64,000 nt of DNA from an uncultured Flavonifractor sp. GTDB taxonomy: Bacteria > Bacillota > Clostridia > Oscillospirales > Oscillospiraceae. The notes below the pieces were generated by a model, which ran no database searches, had not been told where the DNA came from, and was given only the letters and a program-made list of their open reading frames with translations. The first letter of the stretch is position 1. The number at the start of each line of letters is the position of its first letter. The position numbers and the translations under genes were made by a program. Below, piece after piece: positions 60,099 through 64,000 of the stretch. Location of the stretch: NCBI GenBank assembly GCA_963557075.1, contig CAUWDA010000007.1:2082-66081 (forward strand), in the 5' to 3' direction.

Positions 60099-62741
60099 AT
60101 GACACAGTGGCATACATACAGCGCCGGACAGGCGCTGGAGGCGCTGAGGAGTGGAAAAGAGGGGCTGACCGGCGCGGAGGCCGCCCGGCGGCTGACGGCC
60201 CACGGGCCCAACAGACTGGCACAGAAGAAGGACAAGTCCTTCCTGACCCGGCTGCTGGGGCAGCTGAGGGACCCCATGATCCTGGTGCTGCTGGCGGCCG
60301 CCGCCCTGTCCCTGTGGGCCAGCGGGGGCGAGGACTGGCTGGACGCCGCCATCATCCTGGGCATCGTGGCGGTGAACGCAGTGATTTCCCTGACCCAGGA
60401 GGACAGCGCCCGCAAGGCTCTGGAGGCGTTGAGCCAGATGTCTGCCCCGGCGGCCCGGGCAATGCGGGACGGGGTCCTGGTCCGGGTGGAGGCGGAGAAG
60501 CTGGTGCCCGGCGATGTGATCCATCTGGAGGCGGGGGACCTGGTGCCCGCCGACTGCCGGATTTTGGAGGCGGCAGGGCTCCAGGCCGACGAGTCGGCCA
60601 TGACCGGCGAGTCCGCCCCGGTGAACAAGGGGGCTCTGGGCCCCCTGCCCGCCGATACCCCCCTGGCGGAGCGGCGCAACCTGCTCCTCTCGGCCACGGT
60701 CATTACCCGGGGACGGGCCACCTGTCTGGTGGCCGCCACGGGGATGGACACCGAGGTGGGCCATATCGCCGGAATGCTGATGGATAAGACGGAAAGTGAT
60801 ACGCCTTTACAGAAGAAGATGGGGGAGATCTCCAAGACTCTGTCCTTTCTGTGCCTGTGCGTGTGCGCGGTGATGTTTGGGGTGGGTCTGCTCCAGGGCC
60901 GGGATCTGCTGGAGATGTTCCTCACCGCCGTATCCCTGGCAGTGGCCGCCATCCCCGAGGGCTTGCCCGCCATCATCTCCATCGTGCTGGCCCTGGGGGT
61001 GAGCCGCATGGCCAGGCGGCGGGCCATCGTCAAAAAGCTGCCGGCGGTGGAAACGCTGGGGTGCGCCGGGGTGATCTGCTCCGACAAGACGGGCACCCTG
61101 ACTCAAAACAAGATGACGGTGGTGGATATCTGGACCCTCCGGCAGGGGGAGCGGGATCTGGCCCTCACCATAGGCGCCCTGTGCGGCGACGCCGAGCTGA
61201 GCTGGAAGGGAAAGAGCCCGGTGTGTACCGGCGACCCCACCGAAGCCGCCCTGGTGGAGGCGGCGGCCATGGCGGGGCTGGACCGCAACGAGCTGGGGGA
61301 GAAGTGGTCCAGAAAAGGGGAGATCCCCTTTGATTCGGAACGAAAGCTGATGACCACCGTACACAGCAGGCCGGAGGGCGGATACCGGGTGATGGTGAAG
61401 GGAGCCCCTGATGTGCTGGTCCGGCGGTGCCGGCTGGAGGAGGGGGAGCGGCGGCGGCTCACCGCCCGCAACGAGACCATGGCGGACAGAGCCCTGCGGG
61501 TGCTGGGGGTGGCCTACAAGGACGTGGAGGGGCTGCCCCGCAGCCTGGACAGCGACACCCTGGAGCGGGGGCTCACCTTCGTGGGCCTGCTGGGCATGAT
61601 GGACCCGCCCCGGACCGAGGTGCGCCGGGCGGTGGAGCAGTGCTACCGGGCGGGGGTGCGCCCGGTGATGATCACCGGCGACCACAAACGCACCGCTCTG
61701 GCGGTAGCCCAGGCGCTGGGGATCTGCCGCCCGGGGGACCGGGCCCTCACCGGGGAGGACCTGGATTTCCTGCCCCAGCGGGCCCTGGAGGAGGAAGTGG
61801 ACAAATTTGCCGTGTACGCCCGGGTGTCTCCGGAGCATAAGCTGCGCATCGTCAGGGCCTGGCAGGCCCGGGGAAAGGTGGTGGCCATGACCGGCGACGG
61901 CACCAATGACGCCCCCGCCCTCAAGGCCGCCGACATCGGCTGCGCCATGGGCAAGAGCGGGACCGACGTGGCCCGGGGAGCCGCCGACATGATCCTTACG
62001 GATGACAATTTTGCCACCATCGTCTCGGCGGTGGAGGAGGGGAGAGGGATCTACGCCAACATCAAGAAGGCCATCCACTACCTGCTCTCCTGCAACATCG
62101 GGGAGATCCTGACCATTGCCCTGGCCACCCTGTTCCGTTTCCCCGAGATGCCTCTGGCCCCGGTACAGCTGCTGTGGCTCAACCTGGTCACCGACTCCCT
62201 GCCCGCCCTGGCCCTGGGGGTGGAGCCGGTGGAGCCGGGTGTGATGGACCAGCCGCCCCGGCAGGCGGGGGAGTCCCTCTTCGCCCACGGCTTTGCCTTT
62301 CGACTGGTCTGGCAGGGGGTGATGGTGGGGCTGCTCACCCTTGCGGCCTATGTGCTGGGCGCCTGGGTGCTGCCGGGCTGCTCTCTGGCGGTGGGCAGCA
62401 CCATGGCCTTCGCAACCCTCACCCTGTGCCAGCTCTTTCACGCCTTTGACGCCCGCAGCGAGGAGGCCTCCATCTTCAAGCTGGGGGTGACCTCCAACCC
62501 GGCCATGAACAAGGCCTTCCTCATCGGCCTGGCCATGCAGCTGGCGGTGCTGCTGGTGCCGCCCCTCCAGGCGGTGTTCTCCACGGTGCCCCTGTCTGTC
62601 AGCGCCTGGGCGGCAGTGGCGGGCCTTGCGCTGACCCCGGTGGCGGTGTGCGAGGTGACCAAGGCGTTCCGGCGCAGCCATAGGCCGGGCAAGCGGGTGA
62701 GCGCTCCGGAGGCTGCTGCCCAGCGGCAGAGGAATATCTGA
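60099..62741 (+). CDS. P-type ATPase, type IIA (Ca2+-transporting)
   Basis: TGES, IPEGL, DKTGTLT, TGDGTND, WLNLVTD. Confidence 0.93.
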   Translation: MTQWHTYSAGQALEALRSGKEGLTGAEAARRLTAHGPNRLAQKKDKSFLTRLLGQLRDPMILVLLAAAALSLWASGGEDWLDAAIILGIVAVNAVISLTQEDSARKALEALSQMSAPAARAMRDGVLVRVEAEKLVPGDVIHLEAGDLVPADCRILEAAGLQADESAMTGESAPVNKGALGPLPADTPLAERRNLLLSATVITRGRATCLVAATGMDTEVGHIAGMLMDKTESDTPLQKKMGEISKTLSFLCLCVCAVMFGVGLLQGRDLLEMFLTAVSLAVAAIPEGLPAIISIVLALGVSRMARRRAIVKKLPAVETLGCAGVICSDKTGTLTQNKMTVVDIWTLRQGERDLALTIGALCGDAELSWKGKSPVCTGDPTEAALVEAAAMAGLDRNELGEKWSRKGEIPFDSERKLMTTVHSRPEGGYRVMVKGAPDVLVRRCRLEEGERRRLTARNETMADRALRVLGVAYKDVEGLPRSLDSDTLERGLTFVGLLGMMDPPRTEVRRAVEQCYRAGVRPVMITGDHKRTALAVAQALGICRPGDRALTGEDLDFLPQRALEEEVDKFAVYARVSPEHKLRIVRAWQARGKVVAMTGDGTNDAPALKAADIGCAMGKSGTDVARGAADMILTDDNFATIVSAVEEGRGIYANIKKAIHYLLSCNIGEILTIALATLFRFPEMPLAPVQLLWLNLVTDSLPALALGVEPVEPGVMDQPPRQAGESLFAHGFAFRLVWQGVMVGLLTLAAYVLGAWVLPGCSLAVGSTMAFATLTLCQLFHAFDARSEEASIFKLGVTSNPAMNKAFLIGLAMQLAVLLVPPLQAVFSTVPLSVSAWAAVAGLALTPVAVCEVTKAFRRSHRPGKRVSAPEAAAQRQRNI

Positions 62742-62888
62742 AGGGTCCCTCTGATAACATGAATTGGGAAAATGGGCGGATCGCCGCGCAAAACCGATGG
62801 AAATACCTTGTATTCCGAGAAACTATCCGGTATAATAAAAGAACAAGGCCGCTGTGCGGTATCAATCGGAAAAGTGAGGGATCATCCC

Positions 62889-63821
62889 ATGGAACTGAAA
62901 AACTTTGATAATATCATCAGCCGTGTTCCCAAGCTGAGCAGCCCTCTGCGGGTGGTTCTGGCTGGTTCTGACGGCGAGAACATGCTCCAGGGTCTGTTCC
63001 AGGCACAGAAGGAGGGCTTTGTGCAGCCCGTTCTGGTGGGCGACCGGGCCCGCACCATGGTGCAGCTGGAAAAGCTGGGCCTGGAGAAGGAGCCCTACAC
63101 CATGGTGGACACCGCTCCTGGCCACAATGTGACCCAGGCGGCCATCGACGTGATCCACTGCGGCGAGGGCGACATCCTCATGCGGGGCAACATGCCCACT
63201 CGGGATTTCCTGATGCCCGTGCTGGACAAGAAGAATGGCCTGCGCACCGAGCGGCTCATGAGCCATGTGTCTCTGGCTTCCATCCCTGAGTATCCCAAGC
63301 TGCTGGCCCTGTCCGACATGACCATCATCGTTAACCCCAACCCCAGCCAGAAGAAGGCCATCATCAAGAACACCGCCGACGCCCTGAAGGCCTTCGGCTA
63401 TGAGAATCCCAAGCTGGCTCTGATGGCTCTGGTGGAGAACGTCAACTTCCACATGCCCGACACCATCGAGGCCCAGCGCCTGGTGAGCGAGCAGAAGCAG
63501 CATCCCTTTGCCGACTGCGAGCTGTGGGGCCCCATCGCTTACGACCTCATTATCTCCAAGGAGGCCTGCCGGCTGAAGAACTACGACTGCCCCTGGGCCG
63601 GCGGCGGCTTCGACGGCATCATCGCCCAGGATCTGATCGCAGCCAACACTCTGGTGAAGAGCTGGCTCATCCACGCCCACGCCGTCACCTGCGGCGCCGT
63701 GGTGGGCGCCAAGGTGCCTATCGCGCTGACCTCCCGCTCCGCCAAGGCGGAGGAGAGCTTCCTCTCCCTGGTGTTCTGCGCCGTTCTGGACCAGTGGCGC
63801 AAGACCCAGCAGAACCAGTAA
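62889..63821 (+). CDS. Phosphate acetyl/butyryltransferase-family protein
   Basis: GLRTERLMSHV, PKLLALSD, GAKVPIALTSRS. Confidence 0.75.
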   Translation: MELKNFDNIISRVPKLSSPLRVVLAGSDGENMLQGLFQAQKEGFVQPVLVGDRARTMVQLEKLGLEKEPYTMVDTAPGHNVTQAAIDVIHCGEGDILMRGNMPTRDFLMPVLDKKNGLRTERLMSHVSLASIPEYPKLLALSDMTIIVNPNPSQKKAIIKNTADALKAFGYENPKLALMALVENVNFHMPDTIEAQRLVSEQKQHPFADCELWGPIAYDLIISKEACRLKNYDCPWAGGGFDGIIAQDLIAANTLVKSWLIHAHAVTCGAVVGAKVPIALTSRSAKAEESFLSLVFCAVLDQWRKTQQNQ

Positions 63822-63840
63822 TCCCCTTCCGTATTCCATG

Positions 63841-63872
63841 AAAAAGGCCGGCGCGTCAGCGCCGGCCTTTTT
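63841..63872 (+). terminator. Intrinsic terminator
   Basis: aaaaaggccggcgc/gcgccggccttttt. Confidence 0.75.
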
Positions 63873-63960
63873 GCGTGGCGGAAAAGCGGATGGGGACCGG
63901 TTATCCGGACGTCCAAAACGACAAAAGGGCCTGTTGCAAAATTGACATTCTGCACGAGTC

Positions 63961-64000
63961 CGTCATTGCGAGCCAGTGAGCACACTGGCGTGGCAATCCG
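63961..64000. repeat. Palindromic interspersed repeat, truncated by the window edge
   Basis: attgc..gccagtg-agca-cactggc..gcaat nested palindrome. Confidence 0.45.

Overview
A 64-kb GC-rich Firmicute chromosome segment, probably Oscillospiraceae-like (inferred from gene content and codon style). It looks origin-proximal: noc, parA, parB and two parS sites are present, but dnaA is not. Housekeeping genes include hisS with a T-box, serS, rsmG, minD, mgsA, mscL, prs, pth, mfd, secA, tadA, xpt and a glmU homolog. Accessory content includes SLH surface proteins, a BMP-type ABC transporter, a BlaI/BlaR1-like pair, a lower-GC transporter/oxidoreductase/LysR block, Se/Mo-cofactor accessory genes, a thiolase with CoA-transferase, a YtrA-type ABC operon and a vanW-dltA-dltC-like operon. 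No rRNA, tRNA, CRISPR-Cas, transposase or integrase was recognised. The main new observation is a family of non-coding ~200-bp units at the 3' ends of three unrelated genes (mgsA twice in tandem, xpt, an ABC permease). Each has the layout target GGA | last 52-61 nt of the gene to the stop | 142-144-nt structured element | second copy of the gene end. Each element carries a locus-specific 10-14-nt segment antisense to its own junction, plus a shared GGAATTCA hairpin core with covarying stems. All 9 differences between gene-end copies are synonymous. This suggests a guide-directed, non-autonomous insertion or splicing element; the mechanism is inference and no candidate enzyme lies in the window. 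Other notable items are a tandem pair of putative anti-RBS sRNAs, a 99-bp repeat array built on a parS half-site, a VanW homolog coupled to DltA/DltC-like genes without dltB/dltD, a GlmU with a degenerate uridyltransferase domain, and a thiolase with a ~26-aa loop insertion.
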